Source: Deltaproteobacteria bacterium
GTDB taxonomy: Bacteria; Myxococcota; Kuafuiibacteriia; Kuafuiibacteriales; Kuafuiibacteriaceae
DNA: 64,000 nucleotides
Direction: 5' to 3'
Assembly: GCA_040218735.1 (NCBI GenBank)
Contig: JAVJQW010000057.1
Location: forward strand, 128,001 to 192,000
Both the position numbers and the translations under genes were made by a program. The notes beneath the pieces were generated by a model, which did no database searches, was not told the origin of the DNA, and worked only from the letters and a program-made list of their open reading frames with translations. Shown one piece after another: positions 18,227 to 28,710 of the stretch. How positions within the stretch are numbered: position 1 is the stretch's first letter; each line of letters begins with the position of its first letter.

Positions 18227-20200
18227 ATGCGTGCGCGTATCCGATGGCTATTGCTCGGCCTTTCCTTCGCCATCGTCTCGGGCGGTGGCTGCAGCTGCGA
18301 CGACGAGATCCTCGTCCCCGTGAATCCGGGGACGTGTGAGCCGACCTTCGAGTGTCCCGTCGGCACCCAGTACCGCAAAGGCGAGTGCCTCGCCGCGCGG
18401 TGCGTGGAGGACGGGGACTGTTGTCCCGGTCAGAAGTGCAACGCGAGCCTCGGGCTCTGCGCGGACCAGTACGTCTCGTGCTCCGACGACGAACAGTGCA
18501 CCGCGATCCCCGGCCAGGCGTGCATCGACTTCCGCGACGGCCAGTACTGCGGCTACCCGAACCTCGGCAACGCGCTCTCGGCCGCGGGCACGCAGCCGTG
18601 CGTGACCACCGCCGACTGCGACGGCGACCGCACCTGCTTCGGACGACGCTGCGTCTCGGCCGCGCCGTGTGAAGGCGGCTGTCCGGACGGTCAAATCTGC
18701 GACATCGACTCGAACCTCTGCTTCGCGCTCGACACCTGTGAAGAGACCTGCGGCGACGGCGAGATCCTCGTGGTCTCGGACCCCGACACGATGAGTGGCC
18801 CGCAGTGCTGCCTCGTCGAGTGCAAGTGCGAAGTCCTCCCGCCCGTGCCGCGCGGCATCTACGGCTTCTACGCTTCGATCGACGCGACCCGCGACATCAT
18901 CGCGGTGTCCGCCTACGACGAAAAGTATGGGGACCTCGTCGTCGTCCAGTACGACAGCGAAGGCCGCGAGCAGCAGGTCGACTACGTGGACGGGTTCCCG
19001 ACCACCGGGCCGATCGTCGCGAACCCGCAGGGCCGCCGCGGCGGGCGCTCCGAGCCCGGCGAGGACGTGGGTGAGCACACCTCGATCGTCGTCGACGCCA
19101 ACGGTGTCATCCACGTCGCCTACTACGACCGCGACAACGGTCGCCTGAAGTACGCGAACTACGCGGGCGGGATGTGGTCGACGTCGGTCGTCGACGAGAC
19201 CGCGCACGTCGGGCTGTACTCGAGCATCGCGATCGACGCGAACGGGAACCCAGCGATCGCGTACATGATGGTCGAGGGGATGCAGGCCCCCGACCCGACG
19301 CCGCTGACCGGACTGCGCTACGCGGTCGCCAACACGAACATGCCGGCGTCCGGATCCGACTGGACGATCGCGGACGTCGACGCGGCCGAAAAACCGATCC
19401 CGCTCTGCGAGGGCGGCTGCGGCAACGGCCGCGCGTGTGTGGACTTCGGCATGGGCCCGATCTGCGCGACGGAGTCGAGCACGTGCGCGACGAGCTGCGG
19501 GTCGGACGAGGTCTGCGTCGACGACGGCGCGGGCACCGCGAGCTGCGAGACGGAGCTCAACATCGTGCCGCTCGACGGCTTCATCGACGGCGTCGGCCTG
19601 TTCGCAGACCTCGCCTTCACGTCCACGGGCACGCCGGTCATCGCGTACTACGACCGCCTCGAGCGCGACCTCAAGCTCGCGACCGGCCTCCCCGCCGGCG
19701 GCTTCTCGCTCCGCACGTTGGACGGCGACGACGCGATGGATCCGACGGACACCGGACAACACGCGACGGTCGCGATCTCCCCGAACGACGATGTCGCCGT
19801 GGCCTACTTCGACGCGACGAACGACGACCTGATCTACTACGACGTACGCAGCGGCGTCCGCGAGATCGTCGACGACGGCGTGTCGCCGCCGGACCTGCGG
19901 ATGGTGGGCGCCGACGCGTCGCTGTTGTTCGACGCCTCCGGGAGCCCCGCGATCGCGTATCAGGATCCGACCCTCGTCGACCTCGTCTACGCGCGCCGCA
20001 TCGGCAGCCCGCCGATGTGGTCCATCGAGACGCTCCGCGGGGCGCCGCCCGCCGGCTCCGACGTCGGCACGGCCGCGGGCTTCTACGCCGCGCAGGCGCG
20101 CGTCGACAGCAACGCGTACGTCTGCAGCGTGGACATCGGCTTCTCCGAGGACAGCGACCTGCTCCTCGACCTCACCGTGACCGTGAAGTCGCTTCAGTAG
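18227..20200 (+). CDS. Cys-rich lipoprotein with beta-propeller
   Basis: Lipobox GGGC; many CxxDxDC-type repeats; repeated IAYYD/LKYA blades. Confidence 0.8.
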   Translation: MRARIRWLLLGLSFAIVSGGGCSCDDEILVPVNPGTCEPTFECPVGTQYRKGECLAARCVEDGDCCPGQKCNASLGLCADQYVSCSDDEQCTAIPGQACIDFRDGQYCGYPNLGNALSAAGTQPCVTTADCDGDRTCFGRRCVSAAPCEGGCPDGQICDIDSNLCFALDTCEETCGDGEILVVSDPDTMSGPQCCLVECKCEVLPPVPRGIYGFYASIDATRDIIAVSAYDEKYGDLVVVQYDSEGREQQVDYVDGFPTTGPIVANPQGRRGGRSEPGEDVGEHTSIVVDANGVIHVAYYDRDNGRLKYANYAGGMWSTSVVDETAHVGLYSSIAIDANGNPAIAYMMVEGMQAPDPTPLTGLRYAVANTNMPASGSDWTIADVDAAEKPIPLCEGGCGNGRACVDFGMGPICATESSTCATSCGSDEVCVDDGAGTASCETELNIVPLDGFIDGVGLFADLAFTSTGTPVIAYYDRLERDLKLATGLPAGGFSLRTLDGDDAMDPTDTGQHATVAISPNDDVAVAYFDATNDDLIYYDVRSGVREIVDDGVSPPDLRMVGADASLLFDASGSPAIAYQDPTLVDLVYARRIGSPPMWSIETLRGAPPAGSDVGTAAGFYAAQARVDSNAYVCSVDIGFSEDSDLLLDLTVTVKSLQ

Positions 20201-20204
20201 ACCG

Positions 20205-20897
20205 TTGAGCTACGTCTTCGAGCCCCCCGCGCGCCCCTCGGTCGCCGTCGTCGACTCGGGCGATCGGTTCTGGGTCCGCCGTATCTACTGCGTCGGGCGC
20301 AACTACGCCGCCCACGCCCGGGAGATGGGCGGCGACGATCGCGATCCCCCGTTCTTCTTCGCGAAGCCCGCCGACGCGATCGTCGAGTCCGGCGGCGAGG
20401 TCCCCTACCCGCCCGACACCCAAGACTTCCACTACGAGACGGAGCTGGTGGTCGCGATCGGGCGCGCCGGCGCGAACGTCGAGGTCGACGACGCGCTTCT
20501 GCACGTCTTCGGCTACGCGGTCGGCAACGACCTGACGCGCCGCGACCTACAGCGCGCCGCGAAGGAAGCGCGCCGGCCGTGGGATCTGAGCAAGGGGTTC
20601 GATCACTCCGCGGTGGTCGGCGCGATCCACCCCGCGAGCGCGGTCGGTCACCCGGCGAAGGGCTCGATCCGTCTGCAGGTCAACGGCGAGACGAAGCAGG
20701 ACGCCGACCTCGAAGAGATGGTGTGGTCGGTGCCGGAGATCGTCGCGTACCTCTCGCGCTCCGTGACGATCGCGCCCGGGGATCTGATCCTCACCGGCAC
20801 CCCCGCCGGCGTCGGCCCCCTCGCGGTGGGCGACAGGTGTCGCGCCGAGATCGCGGGGCTCGGCGCGCTCGACTTCTCGATCGTCGACGGCGCGTAG
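20205..20897 (+). CDS. Fumarylacetoacetate hydrolase family protein
   Basis: CVGRNYAAHA, PFFFAKP, HYETEL, GNDLTRRDLQ, KGFD, GDLILTGTPAGVG. Confidence 0.93.
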   Translation: MSYVFEPPARPSVAVVDSGDRFWVRRIYCVGRNYAAHAREMGGDDRDPPFFFAKPADAIVESGGEVPYPPDTQDFHYETELVVAIGRAGANVEVDDALLHVFGYAVGNDLTRRDLQRAAKEARRPWDLSKGFDHSAVVGAIHPASAVGHPAKGSIRLQVNGETKQDADLEEMVWSVPEIVAYLSRSVTIAPGDLILTGTPAGVGPLAVGDRCRAEIAGLGALDFSIVDGA

Positions 20898-20904
20898 AAG
20901 ACGC

Positions 20905-21210
20905 CTAGAAGGTCAGCTCCTGGACCGGCAGCATCACGGTCTTTTCGGTGTCGAGGAAGTTCGGCTGGTCGGCGAGCGCCGTCTGACCCTCCGGTGATCC
21001 CAACGCCGCCTGGAACGCCTCGGCGGACGCGAACCACAGCTCGATCGCGCCGTCGTAGGCCGGCGCGTCGCCGACGCCGTAGTTGACCACGTACTTCTCG
21101 AGGCCGGGCAGCTTCAGGACCAACGGCGCGTGGGTGTCCGTGCTGTACGCCTGGTACGCCTCGCGGGTCATGTCGCTGCGCTTCGTGACAAGAAAGATGA
21201 TTTTGAACAT
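20905..21210 (-). CDS. EthD family protein
   Basis: HAPLVLKLPGLEKY, YDGAIELWF, ADQPNF pattern; GGAGG RBS. Confidence 0.85.
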   Translation of the reverse strand: MFKIIFLVTKRSDMTREAYQAYSTDTHAPLVLKLPGLEKYVVNYGVGDAPAYDGAIELWFASAEAFQAALGSPEGQTALADQPNFLDTEKTVMLPVQELTF

Positions 21211-21282
21211 GGGGTCCCCTCCCGTTGCAGATGCGAAAGGCATCCTCAGCGGATCCCTGCCGCGGTGCAATGTGGGGACAGC

Positions 21283-21984
21283 TCAGGGCTGGTGGGCCGG
21301 GAGGCCGCTGTTCGAAGGCGACTGCGTCGGCGGCGGCATCTTCAGGTGACTCGCGACGTCCGACACCCGCGGCGCGACGTCGTTCGAATCCAACGCGAAC
21401 TCGATCCCGAAGCCCCGGCGATCGTCACGCCCCGCCGTGCACGCGACGCGGCCGAGCAGACGCACCGGCTGGCGAGCGAGCGACAGCTCCATCTCGATCG
21501 GCGTGCCGGCGGGCTCCAGCTCCTCGGTGACGAGGTACGTGCCCGCGCTCGCGATCCCCACGAGGCGCCCCTTGGCGAACTCGCGATCCCCGACGCGACG
21601 GAAACGAACGCGCGCACCACCGTGGGCGCGGGCGTAGCGGCGCTGCGCGCAGAGGCTGTCGAAGAGCAGGTCCGAGAACGCAAACGCCAGGTCGAGGACA
21701 CTCGCCGTCGCGTCGAAGACCCGCGCCGCGCCGACGGCCCGGAAGCGCTCCAGCTCCGAGCTGCGCACCCGCCGCGGTACGACGACGACGACGGTCCGGC
21801 CGTCCTCGTAGACCTCGACCTCTTCGGGTCGGGAGGCCTCGACGACCGCGAGATCACACGCTTCGTGCACCTCGACGACATCGTGCCCCTGCGCTCTTGC
21901 CAGCGCTCGGGCCACGGAAGCGACACCGTCTCCGGTGATCCCGATCCGCTTGATGCGAGTCGCTGTCCCCCCCAGGACGCTCAT
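21283..21984 (-). CDS. PilZ-domain protein with receiver-like N-terminus
   Basis: RRYAR (RxxxR) followed by a PilZ barrel ending GFGIEF; degenerate receiver-like alpha/beta N-domain. Confidence 0.7.
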   Translation of the reverse strand: MSVLGGTATRIKRIGITGDGVASVARALARAQGHDVVEVHEACDLAVVEASRPEEVEVYEDGRTVVVVVPRRVRSSELERFRAVGAARVFDATASVLDLAFAFSDLLFDSLCAQRRYARAHGGARVRFRRVGDREFAKGRLVGIASAGTYLVTEELEPAGTPIEMELSLARQPVRLLGRVACTAGRDDRRGFGIEFALDSNDVAPRVSDVASHLKMPPPTQSPSNSGLPAHQP

Positions 21985-22082
21985 CGGGCGGCGTCATAGC
22001 ACATCCGTCCTCCAGCTTGACAGACAACTTCGACGCCCCGACTCTCGGCCCGCACGCGGCCCGTCAGGGCCCCGTCGACACC

Positions 22083-22799
22083 ATGATCGAGGTTCGCGGG
22101 CTCACGAAGCGCTACCGGGATCACGTCGCCGTCGAGAACATCAGCTTCGACGTCGCGCCTGGCGAAATCGTAGGATTTCTGGGGCCCAACGGCGCCGGCA
22201 AGTCCACGACGATGCGCATTCTCTCCGGCTACATGCCGGCAACAGCGGGCGAGGTGAAGGTCGCCGGGATCGACGTGTTCGAAGACCCGATTGGGGTGAA
22301 ACGTCGCATCGGCTACTTGCCCGAGATCCCGCCCGTCTATCTGGACATGACCGTCCGCGGTTATCTCGGCTTCGTCGCCGGCATCAAGGGCGTCGCCCGC
22401 CGCGAAGCCAAGGTGGAGATCGAACGCGTCGCAGGGCTGGCCGGCGTCGACCACATCCTGCCGCGCCTCATACGCAACATCTCCAAGGGCTACCGTCAGC
22501 GCGTCGGTCTCGCGCAGTCGCTCCTCAAGAGCCCGGACGTCCTCATCCTCGACGAGCCGACCGTCGGCCTCGACCCCATTCAGATCGAACAGGTCCGCAA
22601 GCTCATCAAGGACCTCGGCGCCTCCGGCAAACACACGATCATCCTGAGCACGCACATCCTCAGCGAGGTGAAGGCGACGTGCCAGCGGATCATCATGGTC
22701 GCGCAGGGGCGCATCGTCGCCGACGCCTCGCTCGAGGACCTCGAGAAGGAGCACGACGCTCCGCTCGAACAGATCTTCGCGAAACTGGCGGTGTCCTAA
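22083..22799 (+). CDS. ABC transporter ATP-binding protein (GldA-like)
   Basis: GPNGAGKST, ISKGYRQRVG, ILDEPT, STH. Confidence 0.93.
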   Translation: MIEVRGLTKRYRDHVAVENISFDVAPGEIVGFLGPNGAGKSTTMRILSGYMPATAGEVKVAGIDVFEDPIGVKRRIGYLPEIPPVYLDMTVRGYLGFVAGIKGVARREAKVEIERVAGLAGVDHILPRLIRNISKGYRQRVGLAQSLLKSPDVLILDEPTVGLDPIQIEQVRKLIKDLGASGKHTIILSTHILSEVKATCQRIIMVAQGRIVADASLEDLEKEHDAPLEQIFAKLAVS

Positions 22800-22802
22800 G
22801 GC

Positions 22803-23597
22803 ATGCGAAACATCTTCCTCATCGCGAAGAAGGAGCTGTCGATCTACTTCACCACGGTGATCGGCTACACCGGCTTCGGCGCGTACGCGTTCCTCATGGG
22901 CCTGGTGTTCGTGACCACCGTGAACAAGTACCAGCAGTTCACGCAGTTCTACGTCGCGCAGCAGCAGCCCTCGCTCCTCGAGCGCCTCAACTTCAACGAC
23001 GTCATCATCACGCCGATGCTCTCCACTGGCCTTTGGATGTTCCTCTTCTTCGTGCCGTTCCTGACGATGCGCCTGTTCGCCGAGGAGAAGCAGAGCCGCA
23101 CCTTCGAGCTGCTGATGACCACCCCCATCACCTCGCTGCAGATGGTGCTCGGCAAGTTCCTCGGCGTCGGCGCCATGATCCTCAGCCTCACGGCGATCCC
23201 GCTCGTCTTCCCGGTCATCCTCCACGTGTACGGCACGAGCAGCGGCCCCGGCTCGCCGGTCGAGTGGCTGCCCGTGTTGTCCGGCACCCTGACCGTGCTG
23301 ATGCTCGGCCTGGTCTTCTGCGCGATGGGCCTGCTCATTTCGTCCCTCACCGAGAGTCAGATCGTCGCCGCCGTCATGACCTTCGCCGCGCTGCTCCTCG
23401 CGTTCGTCCTCCCGATGATCGCGTCTCGCATCGAGGGCGACTGGCGCACCGCAATCGAGTACCTCTCGCCGATGAGCCACGTGCAACGCGGCTTGCAGGG
23501 GCGCGTGCTGCTCGCGGATCTCGTCTACTTCGGAAGCTCCATATTCATCCTGTTGTTCATGACTCTGCGGGTCGTGGAATCCCACCGGTGGCGCTAG
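22803..23597 (+). CDS. ABC-2 permease (GldF-like)
   Basis: TMRLFAEEKQSRTFELLMTTP, VLGKF, about 6 TM helices. Confidence 0.9.
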   Translation: MRNIFLIAKKELSIYFTTVIGYTGFGAYAFLMGLVFVTTVNKYQQFTQFYVAQQQPSLLERLNFNDVIITPMLSTGLWMFLFFVPFLTMRLFAEEKQSRTFELLMTTPITSLQMVLGKFLGVGAMILSLTAIPLVFPVILHVYGTSSGPGSPVEWLPVLSGTLTVLMLGLVFCAMGLLISSLTESQIVAAVMTFAALLLAFVLPMIASRIEGDWRTAIEYLSPMSHVQRGLQGRVLLADLVYFGSSIFILLFMTLRVVESHRWR

Positions 23598-23599
23598 AG

Positions 23600-25210
23600 A
23601 TGAGCGAGGAAACCAAGCAACCGAACGTCAAGTCGGCCGAAGGCGCGCTCGCCAACCAGACGAAGGGGCAGACCGTCGGCCTCGTCGCCGGCGTGTTGGG
23701 TCTGACCGCGATCATCTTCGGCTTCGTCCTCTACGCGCTCGACCCGGAGGTCGTGGACCTCGCGGTCGCCAACGGCATCTTCGGGCTGTTCGGAGTCGCG
23801 GCGTACGCCATCACCAACCGCACTTCGTTGATGCGAGTCGCGGGCGGTCGCTCCACGACCTTCGTGCTCTTGGAGATCGGCGTGATCATCGGCGCCGTCG
23901 CTTCGGTGTCGGTCGCGAACTATTACGTCGCGCAGAACCCCAAGGAGTGGGATCTGACGCGCGACGGGATCTACACCCTCCACGAGCAGTCGGTGCGCGT
24001 CGCGGCCGAGCTCGAGCAGGACGTCAAGGTGTACGGCTTCTTCCGCCCCACGGAGAGCGCGCGCTCCGTGCTCACCCAGGCGGTGGATCTGTACCGCATG
24101 CACACCGAGCGGATGGAGGTCGTGTTCATCAACCCCGACTCCCCGCCGCAGAACCTGATCGACAAGTTCGATCTCAACTCCAAGAGCCCCCGCATCGTCA
24201 TCGCGGCGGAGAACGGTCAGTTCACCAAGCTCCGGCAACCCACCGAGGAAGGGATGACCAACGCGCTGATCAAGGTCGCGGAGCGGCCGCCGCGCAAGGC
24301 GTACTTCCTCACCGGGCACCGCGAGCCGTCGATCGAGGATCTCACCGCCGAGGAAGGTTACTCCGCCGCCGCGTCCGCGTTGCGCAACGAGGGTTTCGAG
24401 GCGACGACGCTGTCCCTCATCGACCGGGAGAAGGTCCCCGAGGACGCCACGATCATCATCGTCGCGGGCGCGCAGTCACCGCTCTTCCCGAACGAGACCG
24501 AAGCGCTCAAGGAGTGGGTCAACCGTGGCGGGCGCGTGATGGTGCTGCTCGAGCCGGGCCTGGAGTACGGCATCGACGCCCTCTTCCGCCCGAACGGGAT
24601 CGACGTCGGCGACGACCTCGTCCTCGAACCCAACCCCGCCGGTCGCGCGTATGGATTCGGACCGGAGTCGCCGGTGGTGCAGAAGTTCGAGGCGCACGCG
24701 ATCACCAACAAACTCAGCGGCGGCGCGGCGATCTTCTACCGCGCGCGGAGCCTGAGCGCGAAGGTGAACCTCGCGCGGCTCGAGGTCGTCACCCTCATCC
24801 GCACCGGCCCCACGAGCTGGGGTGAGTCGAGCTTCCGGGAAGGTAACTTCGAGCGCGACGAAAACGACATCCCCGGACCGGTGCCGATCGCGCTCGCGGC
24901 CGAGCGCAACGTCGCGTCCCACCCGGGTAAGATCGCCGACCACGCGCGGCTCGTCGTGTTCGGCGACCTCCACTTCATCAACAACCGGTTCCTCAGCATG
25001 AGCGCGAACTCCGACCTGTTCCTGAACACCGCGAACTGGCTCGCGGGCGACGAGGACCGCATCACGATTCGACCGAAAGCGAAGTCTGGCGACCGGCTGA
25101 CCGTCACCCAAGCGGAGCTCACCGGCATCATGTTCTTCTCCGTGAACCTGATGCCGCTGTTGATCCTCGGGTTCGGCTTCTCGGTGTGGGCCGTCCGGCG
25201 CCGCAAGTGA
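23600..25210 (+). CDS. GldG-like ABC transporter auxiliary protein
   Basis: N-terminal TMs, WDLTRDGIYTL, YFLTGHRE, GGRVMVLLEP, LVVFGD, NSDLFLNTANWL, C-terminal TM. Confidence 0.88.
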   Translation: MSEETKQPNVKSAEGALANQTKGQTVGLVAGVLGLTAIIFGFVLYALDPEVVDLAVANGIFGLFGVAAYAITNRTSLMRVAGGRSTTFVLLEIGVIIGAVASVSVANYYVAQNPKEWDLTRDGIYTLHEQSVRVAAELEQDVKVYGFFRPTESARSVLTQAVDLYRMHTERMEVVFINPDSPPQNLIDKFDLNSKSPRIVIAAENGQFTKLRQPTEEGMTNALIKVAERPPRKAYFLTGHREPSIEDLTAEEGYSAAASALRNEGFEATTLSLIDREKVPEDATIIIVAGAQSPLFPNETEALKEWVNRGGRVMVLLEPGLEYGIDALFRPNGIDVGDDLVLEPNPAGRAYGFGPESPVVQKFEAHAITNKLSGGAAIFYRARSLSAKVNLARLEVVTLIRTGPTSWGESSFREGNFERDENDIPGPVPIALAAERNVASHPGKIADHARLVVFGDLHFINNRFLSMSANSDLFLNTANWLAGDEDRITIRPKAKSGDRLTVTQAELTGIMFFSVNLMPLLILGFGFSVWAVRRRK

Positions 25211-25214
25211 CCGC

Positions 25215-26603
25215 ATGAAGCGCATCCACAAGAACATGGCCACCGCGGCGGTCCTCCTCGTGGCCGGCCTGGGCTTCGGCTACTACACACTCGAGACGAA
25301 GGTGAAGACGCCGGAGGAGCGTTTCCTCGCCGACCGGGAGTCGAAGCGCCTGTTCCGCTTCGGTCGCGTCGACGTGACGCGCGGGAGCCTCCAGGCCAAG
25401 AACGCGACGGTGTCCTTCGAGCGCGACGGCACCGGTTGGAACATCACGAAACCCATCGCGTGGCCGGCGGACGACGAGGCGATCGACGCGGCGCTGGATC
25501 GGATGGCGTCGATCATCATGGAGCCGGTCACCACCGAGAACGCGACCGCGGAGGACGTCGAGCGCGAGGGGCTCGACAAACCCACCGTGACGATGACCGT
25601 CGAGCTCGCCGACGGCGTCGAGCACACGCTCCACGTCGGACGACGAAACCGGCTCACGGACAAGTATCCGATCACCGCCGGCGACAAGAAGCGCATCGGG
25701 CTGTCCGACTCGGCGTTCTACTGGGCGATGGACCGCCCGTTCGACGAGCTACGCGACAAACACCTCGTCCACATCCCGGAGGACGACGTCACCCACATCA
25801 CGGTGTTCGCGCCCGACGGCAGCGTTCGGTTCCGGCTCGAGCGGGACGGCGAGAGCTGGACCACGGAGGGGGCCGATCAACCCAAGATCGAAGCCGACCC
25901 CGGCGACGTGCTCCTCGCGCGCGTCCGCATCGTGAAGCGCCTGACAGCGGCGACGTTCGTCACCGACACGTACGAGGCCGCGCAGCAGGCCGAGTATGGG
26001 TTCGACGCCCCGAAGGCACGCATCGAAGTGCAGGCGAAGGACGGCGCGTCCACGAAGCTCGTCTTCGCGGAGCACCCCAAACAGGAGGGGCAGCACCTGA
26101 TTCACGTCGAAGGTACCGGCACGGTGGCGGAGGTCGCCGCCACGCTCGAGGAGCTGCTGGAGAAGACCGCGGTACAGTTCCGTGACCGCACGTTCTACTC
26201 AGTGGATCGACGCGCGGTAAGAACCGTCGAGTTCGAGCAGGGGACGGCGAAGTTCGTCGTGAAGCGCAAGGGTGAGGACTGGTTGGTGAACGGCAAACCC
26301 GCGAAGATCTGGAAGGTCGACAGCGTGCTGCGCGCGTTCGCTCACCTCAAGGTCGACGCCATCCACGCGAAGGACGCGACGAAGAGCCAGCAGCGCGAGT
26401 GGTTGATCAACCCCCCGTCGCGGCGCCTCGTGTTCCGCGACGCCTACGACAAGGTCCTCGCCGCCGTGCGCTTCGGTAAGTACGCGCGCGACGAGCTCAT
26501 CTTCGTGAAGTCCGAGAGCGACGATCGCATCGGGCTCATCACCGACAAGAAGGTCGACCTATTGCCGACGAGCGTCGAGGAGCTCGCCGACGAGGAGCGG
26601 TAG
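25215..26603 (+). CDS. DUF4340-like domain protein
   Basis: N-terminal TM anchor and repeated W.I..P/GLDKP/LRDK units; typical fourth gene of Gld-like ABC operons. Confidence 0.75.
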   Translation: MKRIHKNMATAAVLLVAGLGFGYYTLETKVKTPEERFLADRESKRLFRFGRVDVTRGSLQAKNATVSFERDGTGWNITKPIAWPADDEAIDAALDRMASIIMEPVTTENATAEDVEREGLDKPTVTMTVELADGVEHTLHVGRRNRLTDKYPITAGDKKRIGLSDSAFYWAMDRPFDELRDKHLVHIPEDDVTHITVFAPDGSVRFRLERDGESWTTEGADQPKIEADPGDVLLARVRIVKRLTAATFVTDTYEAAQQAEYGFDAPKARIEVQAKDGASTKLVFAEHPKQEGQHLIHVEGTGTVAEVAATLEELLEKTAVQFRDRTFYSVDRRAVRTVEFEQGTAKFVVKRKGEDWLVNGKPAKIWKVDSVLRAFAHLKVDAIHAKDATKSQQREWLINPPSRRLVFRDAYDKVLAAVRFGKYARDELIFVKSESDDRIGLITDKKVDLLPTSVEELADEER

Positions 26604-26605
26604 AA

Positions 26606-27778
26606 ATGAAAGACCGAGGTTTCTCGACACGTGCGGTCCACACCCGGATCGCCGAGACCGCGGTTCCGAGCCGCCCGCTCGCGGTGCCGATCTACCAGAC
26701 CGCGTCCTTCGAATTCGAGGACACCCAGGGCCTCGCGGTCGCGAGTGACGACCGTTCGATGGGACACTGCTACTCGCGCCTGTCGAACCCGACGGTCGAC
26801 GCCCTCGAGCGCGCCGCCGCGGACCTCGAAGGCGCGGAGGCAGCGCTCGCGTTCGGTTCCGGGATGGCGGCGATCCACGGTGTGCTCGTCGGGACCTGCA
26901 GAGCGGGCGACCACATCGTCGCGCCGGCGGCGGCATACGGCGGGACCTTCACGATGATGAAACACGTGCTCCCGCGCTTCGGCATCGAGACCACGTTCGT
27001 ACCCAACGGAGACCTCGACGCGATGCGCGCGGCGATTCGTCCGAACACCAAGGTCCTCTACGCGGAGACGATCACGAACCCGAACCTCGCCGTCGCGGAC
27101 ATCCCTTCGCTCGCGGAAATCGCGAAGGGCGCGGGGCTGAGGCTGATCGTCGACAATACTTTCGCGACACCGTACCTCGCGCGCCCCGTCGAGCAAGGCG
27201 CGGACCTCGTCGTGCACAGCGCGTCGAAGTACCTCGGTGGGCACGGTGATCTGCTCGGTGGGCTCATCGTCGGGTCGAACGCGACCCTCGCCGAGATGCA
27301 CCACCTGCTCGTCGAGATCGGCGGTCAGATGGCGCCGTTCGTCGCGTGGCTCGTGCTGCGCGGGATGAAGTCACTCGCGGTGCGCATGCGTCAGCACTGC
27401 GCCAATGCGCTGATCCTCGCGGAGTGGCTCGACGCGCGCGACGAAGTCGTCAACGTCCGGTACCCCGGCCTCCCCTCGCACCCGGACCACGCGCTCGCGA
27501 CGAAGAACCTCTGCCACGGCTTCGGCGCGATGATCGCCTTCGAGCTCGCGGATCCGTCGAAGACCATCCGGTTCCTCGACCGGCTCCAGCTCATCGCGCG
27601 CGCGGCGTCACTCGGCGACGCGCACTCGTTGGTCATCGCGCCTGCGCACACGACGCACCGTCAGATGTCGGCGGCAGAGCGCGAGGCGGCCGGCATCTCG
27701 GAGGGGTTCATCCGGTTCTCCGTGGGGCTCGAGGACGCCGACGACCTCATCGCCGACCTCGAGGGGGCGCTCGCGTGA
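26606..27778 (+). CDS. Cys/Met metabolism PLP enzyme (methionine gamma-lyase/cystathionine gamma-synthase family)
   Basis: [54 protein letters not shown]. Confidence 0.93.
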   Translation: MKDRGFSTRAVHTRIAETAVPSRPLAVPIYQTASFEFEDTQGLAVASDDRSMGHCYSRLSNPTVDALERAAADLEGAEAALAFGSGMAAIHGVLVGTCRAGDHIVAPAAAYGGTFTMMKHVLPRFGIETTFVPNGDLDAMRAAIRPNTKVLYAETITNPNLAVADIPSLAEIAKGAGLRLIVDNTFATPYLARPVEQGADLVVHSASKYLGGHGDLLGGLIVGSNATLAEMHHLLVEIGGQMAPFVAWLVLRGMKSLAVRMRQHCANALILAEWLDARDEVVNVRYPGLPSHPDHALATKNLCHGFGAMIAFELADPSKTIRFLDRLQLIARAASLGDAHSLVIAPAHTTHRQMSAAEREAAGISEGFIRFSVGLEDADDLIADLEGALA

Positions 27779-28710
27779 CGGACGCGATCCTCGAGATCGA
27801 GGGGCTCGAGAAAACCTACGCGGACGGGTTCTCGGCGCTGAAGGGCATCGATCTGTCGATCCGCGAAGGTGAGATCTTCGCGCTGCTCGGCCCGAACGGC
27901 GCGGGGAAGACGACGCTCATCAACATCATCTGCGGCATCGTAAACCTGTCGAAGGGCTCGGTGCGCGCCGCGGGTCACGACGTGGTGCGTGACTTCCGCA
28001 AGACACGGTCGATGATCGGGCTGGTTCCGCAAGAGTTGTCGACGGACTCCTTCGAGTCGGTCATCGCGACGATGAAGTTCAGCCGCGGCCTGTTCGGCAA
28101 ACCGCCGAACCCAGCGCACCTCGAGCAGGTGTTGAAGGACCTGTCGCTCTGGGACAAACGCAACAACAAGATCATCACGCTCTCGGGCGGCATGAAACGA
28201 CGTGTGTTGATCGCGAAAGCGCTCTCCCACGAACCACGCATCCTCTTCCTCGACGAACCCACCGCGGGCGTCGACGTCGAGCTGCGCCACGACATGTGGA
28301 AGATGGTGCACGGCCTCCGCGAGCGCGGCGTGACGATCATCCTGACGACGCACTACATCGAGGAGGCCGAAGAGATGGCGGACCGCATCGGCGTCATCAA
28401 CAAGGGTTCGTTGATCGTCGTCGAGGACAAGGAGGTCCTCATGCGTCGCCTCGGCAAGAAACAACTCACGATTCGCCTCGGCGCGCCGATGTCCGCGCTG
28501 CCGGACACCCTCGTGTCGCCGGACGTCGAGCTGAGCGAGGACGGCACCACGCTCGTCTACACCTACGACTCGCAGAAGGAGGAGAACGGCATCTGCGATC
28601 TCCTCAAGGGGCTGACGGACCTCGGTCTCGAGTTCGCGGATCTACAGTCGAAGGAGAGCTCCCTCGAAGAGATCTTCGTGCAGCTCGTACGAGAGGAGAA
28701 GACGGCGTGA
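27775..28710 (+). CDS. ABC transporter ATP-binding protein (YadG-like)
   Basis: [36 protein letters not shown]; GTGA overlap with the upstream stop. Confidence 0.93.
   Translation: MTDAILEIEGLEKTYADGFSALKGIDLSIREGEIFALLGPNGAGKTTLINIICGIVNLSKGSVRAAGHDVVRDFRKTRSMIGLVPQELSTDSFESVIATMKFSRGLFGKPPNPAHLEQVLKDLSLWDKRNNKIITLSGGMKRRVLIAKALSHEPRILFLDEPTAGVDVELRHDMWKMVHGLRERGVTIILTTHYIEEAEEMADRIGVINKGSLIVVEDKEVLMRRLGKKQLTIRLGAPMSALPDTLVSPDVELSEDGTTLVYTYDSQKEENGICDLLKGLTDLGLEFADLQSKESSLEEIFVQLVREEKTA

Noticed and set aside
21935-23599. Apparent 555-aa N-terminal extension of the GldG-like ORF
   Set aside because: It overlaps the ABC ATPase and permease in another frame and has an Arg-rich, non-protein-like composition; the real start is ATG 23600
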